The notes beneath the pieces are model-generated. The model was not told the DNA's origin and did no database searches. It saw nothing but the letters and a program-made list of their open reading frames with translations. The position numbers were made by a program, and so were the translations under genes. From assembly GCF_009914755.1 (NCBI RefSeq), contig NC_060947.1: DNA of 64,000 nt; one strand, given 5' to 3'. Below, piece after piece: positions 43,601-56,605 of this stretch (positions within the stretch are counted from its first letter, which is position 1; the number at the start of each line of letters is the position of its first letter). Source of the stretch: the human T2T-CHM13v2.0 reference genome, Homo sapiens.

Positions 43601-45417
43601 TTAGATGGAACCACAAAAGACCTGGAATAGTCAAAGCTATCCTAAACAAAAATAAATAAATAAATAAAATTGGAGGAATCACATTACCTGACTTCAAATT
43701 ATACTACAGAGCTATAGTAACCAAAACAGCATGGTACTGGCATAAAAGCAAACACATAGACCAATGGAACAGAATAGAGATCCCAGAAACAAATACATAC
43801 ATCTATAGTGAACTCATTTTTGACAAAGGTGAAGAGAATATACATTGTGAAAAAAACAGTCTCTTCAATAAATGGTGCTGGGAAAATCGGATATCCATAT
43901 GTAGAAGAATAAAACTAGACCCCTATCTCTTGCCATATATAAAAATCAAATCAAAATGAATTAAAGACTTAATTCTAAGACCTCAAGCTATGAAACTACT
44001 ACAAGAACACATTGGGAAAATTCTCCAGGACATTGGCCTGGGCAAAAATTTCCTGAATAATACCCCATAATCACAAGCAACCAAAGCAAAAATGGACAAA
44101 TGGGATCACATCAAGATGAAAAATCTTCTGCACAGCAAAGGAAACAATCAACTACTACTTCATTCCCCCCTCAGACAGTAGATATTCATCCTTAATCTTA
44201 ATGGGGCTGCAGAAGGGCAGAAGTCCATCTTCTGTAACTGCTTCCTGCTGAGTTTATGGGAGTAGGCAGTGCCTAGCACCAGATGACTAAAAAATCTCTG
44301 GACACCTGATCTAAGTGGCCCAAGTCAGTATGACTTGGAGAATGAAAGCATCCTGCCTCTAGGCCCCTTATATCAGAGGGATGGGTTGGAAGCCTTGTGC
44401 CAGCATTGTCTTTACTTAGAACTGTTTTAACCTAGAAGACACAAACTTTACTAAGAGGTTAAAAAAGCAAGGGCCAAAAAAATATGATAACAACAGGACA
44501 GACGGGGTTTCTACTAAAAATGAAGACAGTGAAGAGACAACCCACAGAATAGGAGAAAATATTTTGCAAACTACCCATCTGATAAGGAATCAATAACCAG
44601 AATATATAAGGAGCTCAAACAACTCTATAGGAAAAAATCGAATAATCTGATTAAAAATAAGCAAAAGCTATTAATAGACATTTCTCAAAAAAAGACATAG
44701 AAATGGCAAACAGGCATATGAAAAGGTGCTAAACATCAGTGAACATCAGAGAAATGTAAATTAAAACTACATTATCATCTCATCCCGGTTAAAATGGCTT
44801 CTATTCAAAATATACGCAATAACAAATGTTGACGAGGATGTGGAGAAAAGGGCACACTCATACACCATTGGTGGGAATGTAAATTAATACAACCACTATG
44901 AGGAACAGTTCGGAGTTTCCTCAAAAAACTAAAAATTGAGCTACCATACAATCTAGCAATCCCACTGTTGGGTATATACCCAAAAGAAAGGAAATCCATG
45001 TATCAAAGAGATATCTGCACTCCCATGTTTGTTATGGCATTGTTCACAATAGCCAAGATTTGAAAGCAACTTAAGTGTCCATCAATAGATGAATGGATAA
45101 AGAAAATGTAGTGCATATACACAATGGAGTACTATTCAGCCACAAAACAGAATGAGATCCTGTCATTTGCTACAACATGGATGACACTGGATGTCATTTT
45201 GTTAAGTGAAATTAGCCAAGCACAGAAAGACAATCTTCACATGTTCTCACTTATTTGTGGGATATAAAAATCAAAACAATTGAATTCATGGAAATAGAGA
45301 GTAGAAGGAAATAGAGAGTAGAAGGATGCTTACTACAGGCTGTGGATGGTAGTAGGGGAGGTGGGGAGTGGGGATGGTTAAAGAGTAAAAAAAGTAGTTA
45401 GAAAGAATGTTATTCTT

Positions 45418-47163
45418 TTGTATATAAAGTATTTATTTTTATGCACATATTTACCTACAAAATTTACAAAAAATAAAACAAAGCAGAATATATAGAATAC
45501 CCTCTTCAGACTTCTTACAGCAAAGCTGTATCACTTATTTGTTTTATTGCTACAGTTCAAAGAATTAAATTTTATCCATGTGAAAGCTAAGATCAACACA
45601 TTTACGTGAAAGCCTTAAGCCTTGTTACAAAGTTTTTTATCCTGTTATTGAATTTTCAGTTTTACGTTAAATGAAATTTAAAAGATTGCTCATGAAATAA
45701 TTTAAACCTTTTCAAAACCTTCTAATAAACAGGTAAAAGCACTTCCAGTACTTTAAAGTATTTATAGCCATCCCAATAGCTTAATTTTAAGGGTTAATAT
45801 AGTACATGTAGTTATTATGCATACATGGCATGTCATTAACACTCTCTAAACAGTGAGAATTGTAGACTCTAGTTTGTGGCACCACTCCCATGTTATTCTG
45901 GTGATGGCGTAGGATGATCAATTACACCTGTGCAACACTAACGTCACAGTCTGTCTACCACAGCGTAAAATCCAGTTATCTAAAACAATGTCTATCAAAG
46001 TCCCAGACAATACATAATTTATAAGTAGACTTGTATATTCACAAGCCTTTGGGGTATTTAAAAAATTATTTTAAAATATTAAGGATATTTAGCACTCAAT
46101 GAAAACAATGAACTGAAAAATATAACCACAATAGTTGCTGGAGTTCAATATCTGGTTTAACAAAAAGTGTTTATCAAAACACCTATAATTTCTTACAACA
46201 TTATGGAGAGGAGTTTTCCTCAGTCTAAGCTGAATCCAATGTTTTTCCTACAGTATGATTAAAAGTGTAAGAATGAAAGGCACACATAATAGCCAGTTTT
46301 AAAGAGCTGTGGGGATGGCAAGCAGATGTTCCTGAAGTACTGGTGCAGGAGAACAAAGACCACACAACATTTTCCTCTTTGTTTACCATTGGCATTGATT
46401 TGCTATTTACAGTAGTTTGCAAAAGTACATTATAAAAACTGAATGAGGTTCTATTTTTAAGTTGAGCTTCATAACATATATACACACTTTATCTGCAAAA
46501 ATCTTTGAAGGATCTGAAGTAATAAAGTGACACTAATACTGAAACACAGGTAATAAAAAGTACCAAAGCACTGATAATGTGAATCATCATCACCAAGATA
46601 ATCTGGGTAAATATTGCACACATCTTGTCAGTTGTTGCTATGACCTTTACATATCCAACTGCAAAAGGAATCCTTTATGGCTTTTTGCTGTATCACTTAT
46701 TCGAAGAAGGGCTGTTTTACGTCCAATAGCAATTAGTGAAGATTGGCATTGAACATGAGGCCTAGGTTTCAAAATTAGTTTTCCTGTATCATCACAAGAC
46801 ATATTGTATTCTGCTAATATCGTTTGACGTTGAGCAGCTATAATTGATGGTGCAACTACTCTCTTGTGTATTCCAGCAAAGAACAAGCCTATTAGAGTGA
46901 TATAGCTAATGGTAAAAAATGGATGATTCCATAATGATGTGAAGAAGGACACCTTTTGTGTCTCTGGATCTATCAACCAGTTCCAGGCACCAGTAGCGTA
47001 CAGACAGATACCACTAGAAGAAGCATTCTCCAACATCCAGTAGCAGGTTGCAAACAATGAATATATTCAGTAAGTCTCCTCTCAAAAGCCTTGAGCTCTT
47101 CTGCCTGCTCCAGCAAATTCATGTCAGGTGGCAGCTCAGGTCACCGCCATGGCCCTGTCCACC
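45418..47163 (-). pseudogene. CNEP1R1P1: Processed pseudogene of CNEP1R1 (TMEM188), inserted in the L1 3' UTR
   Basis: From ATG at 47122 (-): [42 protein letters not shown], 1-nt frameshift near 46998, then [28 protein letters not shown]...[11 protein letters not shown]. Intronless, long 3' UTR, AATAAA at 45437-45432, 18-bp TSD agaaagaatgttattctt (45400-45417, 47164-47181). The parent is clear; the P1 suffix is from memory. Confidence 0.92.
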
Positions 47164-47253
47164 AGAAAGAATGTTATTCTTATTGACCTAGTATTTGGTA
47201 GCACAATAGCATGACTCTAGTCAATAATAATTTGATTATACATTTTAAAATAA

Positions 47254-47723
<470 letters not shown>

Positions 47724-48589
47724 CCAAACATCTTTTAAGTGGACAAAAGACATAAACAGATACTTCTGAAAAAAAGGCATACACATAGCCAACAAGTGAT
47801 GCAGGGCAGGCAAGACCCAAAATTGGGGCTTAGCCTGGGAGGGCTTTTGGCTTAGCCCAGGAAATAATTAAAGGGTAAGCCAGTGGTAAAAGTAAAAGTA
47901 GACAGCAACTTTTATTGAAGCAGCAGTGTACACCAGCAGCAGAGGTACTGCTCCTTGTGGAGCAGGGCTACCCCATAAGCAATGTACCCAGAGTAGCAGC
48001 TCAGAGGCAACTCTGTGGTCATATTTATATTGACTTTTACTTATATGCAAATTAAGTGGTGGATTATGCAGAAATTTCTAGAAAGACCGTAGTAACTTCT
48101 GGGTCACTGGGTCATTGCCATGGAAAGGGGCGGTAACTTTCAGGTGTTGCCATGGCAATGATAAACTGACATGGCAGACTGGTGGGCATGTCTTATGGAA
48201 AGCTACTTCTGCCCCATCCCTGTTTTAGCCAATCCTCAATTTGGTCGGGTGTCTGAGCCCCACCTCTGGAGTCAAGTCCTGCCTACTACTTCATTCCCCC
48301 CTCAAACAGTAGATATTCATCCTTAATCTTAATGGGGCTGCAGAAGGGCAGAAGTCCATCTTCTGTAACTGCTTCCTGCTGAGTTTATGGGAGTAGGCAG
48401 TGCCTAGCACCAGATGACTAAAAAATCTCTGGACACCTGATCTAAGTGGCCCAAGTCAGTATGACTTGGAGAATGAAAGCATCCTGCCTCTAGGCCCCTT
48501 ATATCAGAGGGATGGGTTGGAAGCCTTGTGCCAGCATTGTCTTCACTTAGAACTGTTTTAACCTAGAAGACACAAACTTTACTAAGAGG

Positions 48590-49100
48590 TTAAACAAGCA
48601 AGGGCCAAAAAAATATAGTAACAACAGGACATCTATCCAAGGTCCTAGGAGAGGTAAAAACCAGGTGAAACTTGGGAAGGCACTTTTGATAGTCTACCTG
48701 ATATAGTGGAGTCAGTGCCCTGGTTATATCTATGTAACCAGGTAGCTTGTTCATAGATTTTTTTGAATGTAACCTCAACTTGTCCAGAGTTGTTAATATA
48801 TGTACAGCAGGTTTTATTAATAACTGCACATATTCCACCTTGTTCAGATAGTAAATAATTCAATGCTAGTCTATTATCAACAGCTACATTTGCAAAAGAG
48901 TCCAGAGACTCTTGAATTATCTTTAATGACTGACCTGTGTTGGCAACTAAGAATTCGAGTTCTTTAGGGTTGACTTATGGTAAGCAAAGCTGCCGCAGGG
49001 TGACGCTAGTCCTATTGCTGCCTCGATTTCCACCAGAATTAATCCTATTGCTCACTTATTTCTAGTGTTTGGGGGTCCTATGCAGTTATAGACTGTGACC
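48590..49100 (-). pseudogene. ERV env transmembrane-subunit remnant
   Basis: DNRLALNYLLSEQGGICAVINKTCCTYINNSGQVE = immunosuppressive domain plus CX6CC; furin site reads RNK*AIG. Confidence 0.85.
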
Positions 49101-50175
49101 CCTGGAGGGGCAAGGGTGGCCAACATACTTTCACCTCTGTCCCAAGTTATTGCTATACAAGGGAAAGCTACTTCTAAAAGGACAGATGGCTGCCTGGGGA
49201 GTCAGGAATGGTTATGGGACGTACCTTTTCTCCATTTGTGGCCACAAAAAAATGAGCCAAGTTGGGGCACAAATAGAGACACTATGGGGTGTGATGTGTA
49301 TCCATTGCTGCCAAATTGGGCCTATAGAGATGTTCTTTCCCTGTTGCAATGGGGGTGGCCAAACAATCTTCTTTTCCAGAAGGGAATGGTACTCTCCGCT
49401 CCCAAGATTAGATAACTGTTTTCCCCTGTATGTTCTGATCTAGGAAAAGGCATCATATTTGCTCTCCTCACTTACAAATGGAATCCCATTTACCTCACTG
49501 CAGCCTCGAGAATTTGACAACTAAAGTTGCATCAGAGCATTGCAGGGAAACTTCTACTTTTGTGTCATTAACACAACAGTGAGTGCAAACGGTAGAAACA
49601 TTAGTGCACTGGAGATAAAAATACCCAACTTCCCAGGTCTACATAATAGTGGTGGTGGGGAGTTCAGGTGGAATCTATTAACTGGGGGAGAGTTCCAGTT
49701 AACAAATAGGGGTTTGGGTACTTTGGGATCACCATGATTAGTCAGAAGGTCTGGAGAGATGGCCATGAGATTTTCTGGATAGGCCAGAAAACAGAACTGT
49801 CTACCCTGGAGATGTTAATGACAAATCCAGCAACCATAAAGATGATTCCCTGATGCTATAATTTTGAAATATTTACTATATAGTTTTGTTCCCATCCATA
49901 CTGGATCAGGGTAATTGGGAGAGAAAAGAGGATTAACAGTGGCAGCATAGTGTACAGTTGGGCCTTAGATTGGCTGAACACCCAACAAGGACAAAAGAGA
50001 TATTTCCCAGGAGGAGGCAGCTGGCTAAAGTGATAGAAAAGAAGTATTACAGTAAAAAAAAAAAAAAAAAAAAGAGGTAAAAATTAATGCTCCTATTCCC
50101 ACCCACAGCATTAAGTTATCACTTCTGGCTGAGTGTTGATTCTTTTAAATGGGTAGGAGAGGTTTATAGATGTAG

Positions 50176-50536
50176 TGCATTAGTCCATTTTCATGCTGCT
50201 GATAAAGACATACCTGAGACTGGATAATTTATAAAGAAAAAGAGGTTTAATGGACTCACAGTTCTATGTGGCTGGGGAGGCCTCACAATCATGGCAGAAG
50301 GTGAAAGGCATGTATTACATGGCGGCAAGCAAGACAGAATGAGAACCAATTGAAAGGGGTTTCCCCTTATAAAACCATCAGATACCATGAGAATTACTCA
50401 CTACCATGAGAACAGTATGGGGGAACCACCCCCATGATTCAATTATCTCCCACCGGGTTCCTCCCACAACATGTGGGAATTACGGGAGCTACAATTCAAG
50501 ATAAGATTTGGGAGGAGACACAGCCAAACCATATCA
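50176..50536 (-). mobile_element. THE1 solo LTR inside the ERV
   Basis: tgcattagtccattttcatgctgctgataaagacatacc...cagccaaaccatatca; TSD tgtag. Confidence 0.9.
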
Positions 50537-50669
50537 TGTAGGTTGTGCTGTCCTCCCTTTGTGCCTGTGACTCATAAGGAACATATTTAATCCCAAATAG
50601 GTGTATCCAAGTAGTTATTCCCTGAAGTTTAATGGTGGTGAGGGTATTTAACAATATCTGATAGGGGCC

Positions 50670-51393
<724 letters not shown>

Positions 51394-52069
51394 GGACCTT
51401 TTCATTTGGGTTGTAATTGATCTTCAGGGGATCCTTCTTTTTAGTAAGACTAAGTCTCCTGGTTAGAGGTGATACTTTATTTCTATATTCTTGAAGGGCC
51501 TTGTGAACAAAGCCTAAATTTCAAAGAGGGCATAGTGAGGTGTGTCCAACCTCCTGTTTCCCATCATGGCCTGAATTCTTTGTTTGTTTGTTTTAGACTT
51601 CTTTGGAATTTCCTTTGGCCAAGAGACTTAGAGTCAAAAAACTGCCATTGTGGGAAGCTGTCCATTGGGCCAAGGGTCCAACATTCCCAATAAACTTACT
51701 TGAGGAGGCAGCTCACTGGGGCTAGTAAAAGAAGGTTAGCTCTAATAGTGATGGGGAGCTTTTTTATGTGTCACCAGGGGCAGTTAGCACATTCTCATGC
51801 CAATGACCCTTTTGTTTATACTGGGCACGCTGATTCTGGCCTAGTGAATCAGTGGGCCAGTGAGTCAGGGCTCTTATCTGGGCATATCAGATGCCAATCT
51901 CGTGATGCTTTCTTGGGATGGGTAATTCTGACGTGGCAGGGGACTTAAAGCAACTGTTAATGATTGCACTTTTTGGCTATTTTTTGTTTTTGTTTTTGTT
52001 TTCTCACCTATTTTGCCCTGTCCCTATTGTTGTAAACTTTAAAGTCCTCATCTAAGATCTGGGTCTTAG

Positions 52070-52372
52070 GGGCTGGGTGCAGTAGCTCATGCCTATAATC
52101 CCAGCATTTTGGGAGGCTGAGGTGGGTGGATCACTTGAGGCCAGGAATTTGAGACTAGCCTGGTCAACATGCTGAAACCCTGTCTCCACTAAAAATGCAA
52201 AACTTAGCCAGGCATGGTGGCGGGTGCCTGTAATCCCAGCTATTCAGGAGGCTGAGGCATGAGAGTAGCTTGAACCCAGGAGGCGGAGATTGCAGTGAGT
52301 CAAGATGGCATCACTGCACTCCAGCCAGGACAACAGAGCAAGATTCTGTCTCAAAAAAATAAATAAATAAAG
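52070..52372 (+). mobile_element. AluS
   Basis: Full dimer with (AAAT)n tail. Confidence 0.92.
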
Positions 52373-52376
52373 AGAG

Positions 52377-53370
52377 TTAGCTCATTGGGATTTGAGGTCT
52401 CATTGCTGCTTTTTGTATCTTCCTCCTAATGTCAGGTGCAGGATGAGTAATAAAATGTACACCCAGGAAAGCTTGCCCTTCTGGGGGGTCTGGGTCTGCA
52501 CTGGTATATTTCCTGAGTCCCTCTATCAAACGACCCAGAAACAGAACAGGATTTTCGTCTTTTACCTGAGTTATATTTCTAGCTCTGTCATAATTGACTG
52601 GCTTAACCACAGATACTTCCCTCCACTTTTTTCCCACAGCACAGCGAACAGATAACAATATTTCTAAGTCATGACAAGTTAAATCAAAGAACATGGTCAA
52701 CATAACACATGCCTGTATAAACTTTTCTGGATTTTCTGAAAACTGGCCAAATTTTTCCTCATATAAATCCAAATTAGATATAGAAAATGGCACATGTAAC
52801 CCCATTTCCATTAGCTACCTCCTGCAATGGACACAGATTTTACTTTAGGGGCTAATATGAGGCTCCACTCCTGGTAGTATTGATTGGGCTTATTTTGGGG
52901 GAAATGGGGGTATAAGCTGGGGCTAGTTGGATGAGGGGGAGGAGTGTCTGATGACCTTGAGCTAGAATCCTTTGTTAGAGCACTGGCAGGACCCCCCTCA
53001 GAATTGGGGGACTGGGGAGACTCTGGGAAAGGCATAGGCCTTCTAGGAGAACCAGCAAGGAGGGGATCCTCAGATGGAGCTGTCTGGTGCCTGGAAGTAA
53101 CATGAGCCAGTAAAGGGTCATAAAAGCCTGTACATAAGGGACCTCTTCCCATTTTCCTTCTTTTTTACAGAATAAGTCCAGTTGTAAATTATCATTACAA
53201 TATATAGAACCATGTTTACGCCAAATTTGGTTTTCTAATTTGTACGGAACCCAAACCATGTTGCAATAGAAAATGAGTTTCTTTTTCATTAAACCAAATT
53301 TGAATTTGCTCCAATAGCCTAAAAGACATCCTAGTCGTGAGTCCTCTGAGACGCTCGTCATTGTCCCCAT
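52377..53370 (-). pseudogene. ERV gag remnant (matrix and capsid, frameshifted)
   Basis: MGTMTSVSEDSRLGCLLGYW...LQLDLFCKKEGKWEEVPYVQAF (matrix); HVPFSISNL...QVKDENPVLFLGRLIEGLRKYT...PDIRRKIQK (capsid with major homology region). Confidence 0.85.
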
Positions 53371-54518
53371 GGATACAGAAGTTTTAGAGGACGCAGAAGT
53401 CTTCCTAAGTCTAGCAAAAGGGAAAGCAACTGAGTCATTATTTTTCACTTTTAGATTCTCTCACTTCCTGCAGAGAAGGTGTAAGTATACATAGCAAGGC
53501 ATTACAAAAGTGGATTACAAGCTACAAATGGACAGTAGAATGTTGAGCCTAAAATCCACAGTGAGGGTTAAGCAGAGAGGAGGGCTAAACAAATGGTGAA
53601 TGGGAAGGGAGGAGGGGAAGAGGGAAACAGTATTACCCAAGGGGACACCTCAGAGGTATTGACTTGCTGGAGAACCTATCCAGCAGCGGAGACACCAAAA
53701 TAAATGTTCAGGCAACCACTTTTCTACCGTTGTAGGTGGTTGTCTGTCAGGCCAGGAGCCTAGGAACTCCCTGTTCCTTCAGCTTAGAGAGGTTTGAGCA
53801 AGACAGTTGCTCAAGTCAGCACACAAGAAGGAGTCTGTGACTGCCTATTAGGGAAATAATAACTTCTAACTTCAGGGCAGAAAAAGGCAAGATCACTATT
53901 CCCCTAGGGCGAGGGATTATAACCCACAATCCTAGAGGGAATGTCAATGCTGAAAACCCCAGAGCATCTGGAAGGCAGCTGAAAATGCAAATGCTGAAAA
54001 CCCAGAGTACCAGAGTTTCAGCCAGTGAGGGTCCCATCACCAAATGCCAGGGGCATCCATCCAGGGGGTGGCCAACAGTGAACCCAAACCCAAGTTGGGG
54101 TCACAGAACAATGTGACTCTGGTTTCCCAGAGTCAACACAATAGGGAGCCTCTCACAACCAAGTGTCCTGCCTTAAACAAATGCCCATATACAGTTATCA
54201 GAAAATCAAAGCAAACATAAGAGTGCAAACAAAACACACATTGCAGAAATGAAAATAAAACAACTGGTGGAGCAACAAAATGAAGTCATAAGAGAAAAGA
54301 CTAGGGGAAGGGGTGACAAGGACGTGTTTCAGGGCAATCAAACAATGGGCGACTTTTAACTGAACACATAGCCAAAGGCTTTTATTCCCCAGCTTACCTA
54401 ATATTGTGGGAGAGGGTGGAGGGAACACTCATTCATGCACAGTAGCCAAAATCATGATGACCAATGTTCTATGTGGGACCCGGGTGAAGGTCTCTCCAGG
54501 TTTCCTCAGCTTGGATGG

Positions 54519-54740
54519 TGATATGATTTGGCTCTGTGTCACCACCCAAATCTCATGCTGAATTATAATCCTCAATGTTGGGGGAGGGTCCTGGTGGGAG
54601 GTGATTGGATGATGTCATGATAGTGAGTGAGTTCTCATGAGATCTGGTTGTTTGAAAGTGTGTACCTCGCTCTTTCTTTCTTCCTTTCTTTCTTTCTCTT
54701 TCTTTCTTTCTTTCTTTCCTTCTTTCTTTCTCTCTCTCTT

Positions 54741-54771
<31 letters not shown>

Positions 54772-54957
54772 TCCTGGCCATGTGAAGATGTGCTTTTTTT
54801 CCCCTTTGCCTTCTGCCATGATTGTAAGTTTCCGGAGGCCTCCCCAGCCATGGTTCCTGTACAACCTGTGGAACTGTGAGTCAATTAATCCTCTTTTCTT
54901 TATAAATTACTGAGTCTCAGGTAGTTCTTTATAGCAATGTGAGAACAGACTAATACA
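54519..54957 (+). mobile_element. MSTA-type LTR with internal (CTTT)n/(CT)n repeat
   Basis: tgatatgatttggctctgtgtc...gagaacagactaataca. Confidence 0.85.
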
Positions 54958-55850
54958 GGTGGGCTTGGCTGCCACATGGGGGCTGGAATGGACCAGTAAC
55001 CCACCAGCCTGCTGGTCAGAATGGTGGGTCTCACATGAGACAGCAGCACTATGACCACTGGCTCATCTGCTCAGGTCCACCATCTGCCAGGGAAAATGAT
55101 ATCTCTGAAAAGAGCCTTTGGTTAGTGTTATAGCTCTGTAGTGTTAGCAGCTCTTTATTGTTACAGCTTTAGTGTTATAGCTCTTGCAGCTTCTCCATCT
55201 CTCGCCATTTCTCCACTTGTCTCACTGACTGCCATCTCTTGTCATTGTCTCTCACCAATTACCACCTCTCAGCTGATTACTGATTGCCACCAACTCTGTT
55301 GTCTTGCCATCTCACCTCTCCATCCATTGCTGCCATTTTCACTGCCTTTATCCCTTCATTGGTTGCCAAATGATGCAGGGCAGTTGAGCCCCAAAACTGG
55401 GGCTTAGCCAGGGAAAGTTCTTGGTAAGCCAGTGGTGTTAGACAGCAACTTTCATTGAAGTGGCAGCATACAGGAGCAGCATAGGTACTACTCCTTGTAG
55501 AGCAGGAATACTCCATAGGCAGTGTGCCCACAGTAGCAGCTCAGTAATTTTTACAGTAATGTTTATACTCACTTTTAATTATATGCAAATTGAGGGGCAG
55601 ATTATGCAGATATTTCCAGAAAAAGGGTGGTAACCTCCAGGTGTTCCCATGGCATTGGTAAACTGACATGGCACATTGGTGGGCATCTCTTATGGAAAGC
55701 TACTTCCACCCTGTCCCTGTTTTAGCTAGTCCTCAATTTGGTCCAGTGTCTGAGCCCCACCTCCAGAGTCAAGTCCTACCTCCTAGTTCAGGATGCTTAG
55801 GATAATGGCCTCTAGGTCTATCCATGTTGCTGCAAAGGACATGAGCTTCT

Positions 55851-56605
55851 CAACATCACTAATCATGAGGGAAATGCAAATGAAAAAGACAACGAGATAC
55901 CATCTTATACCAGTCAGAATAGTTATAATTAAAAAATCAAAAAATAACATGCTGGCAAGGTTGCTGAGAAAAGGGAACACTCATACACTGCTGGTGGGAA
56001 TGTAAATTAGTTCAGCCATTGTGGAAAGCAGTTTGGAGACTTCTCAAAGAACTTAAACAACACTACCATTCGACCCAGCAATCCCATTACTGGGTATATA
56101 CCCAAAGGAATATAAATCATTCTACCATAAAGACACATGTATGCATATGTTTATCATAGCACTGTTCACAATAGCAAAGATATGGAATCAACCTAGGTGC
56201 TCATTAGAGGTGACTGAATAAAAAAAAATGTGAGACATATACACTACGGAATACTATGCAGTCATAAAAAAGAAGTTCATGTCCTTTGCAGCAACATGGA
56301 TAGAGCTAGAGGCCATTATCCTAAGCAAATTAGAAAACCAGATAATGCATGTTCTCACTTATAAGTGGGAGCTAAACAATGAGTATACATGGACGCAAAG
56401 AAAGAAACAATAGACACCAGGGCCTACCTGAGGGTGGGGTGTGGAAGGAGGGAGAGGATTTAAAAACTACCTATCAGGTACTAAACTCATTACCTGAGTG
56501 ATGATATAATCTGTACACCAAACCCTCATGACATGGAATTTACCCATATAACAAATGTGTACATGTACCCCTTGAACCTAAAATAAAAGTTGGAAAGAAA
56601 AATAA
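55851..56605 (+). mobile_element. L1PB-type 3' end
   Basis: caacatcactaatcatgagggaaatgcaaat...gaacctaaaataaaagttgg. Confidence 0.88.

Noticed and set aside
38972-43659. L1 ORF1/ORF2 peptides as an active LINE
   Set aside because: Fragmented by stops, frameshifts and insertions; old subfamily.
45291-45325. 17-bp tandem duplication gaaatagagagtagaag in the L1 3' UTR
   Set aside because: Ordinary slippage duplication with no distant template; not counted among the templated insertions.
46647-47057. 136-aa ORF as a functional CNEP1R1-like gene
   Set aside because: It starts at a non-ATG codon in the wrong frame upstream of the frameshift; TSDs and lack of introns mark a retro-pseudogene.
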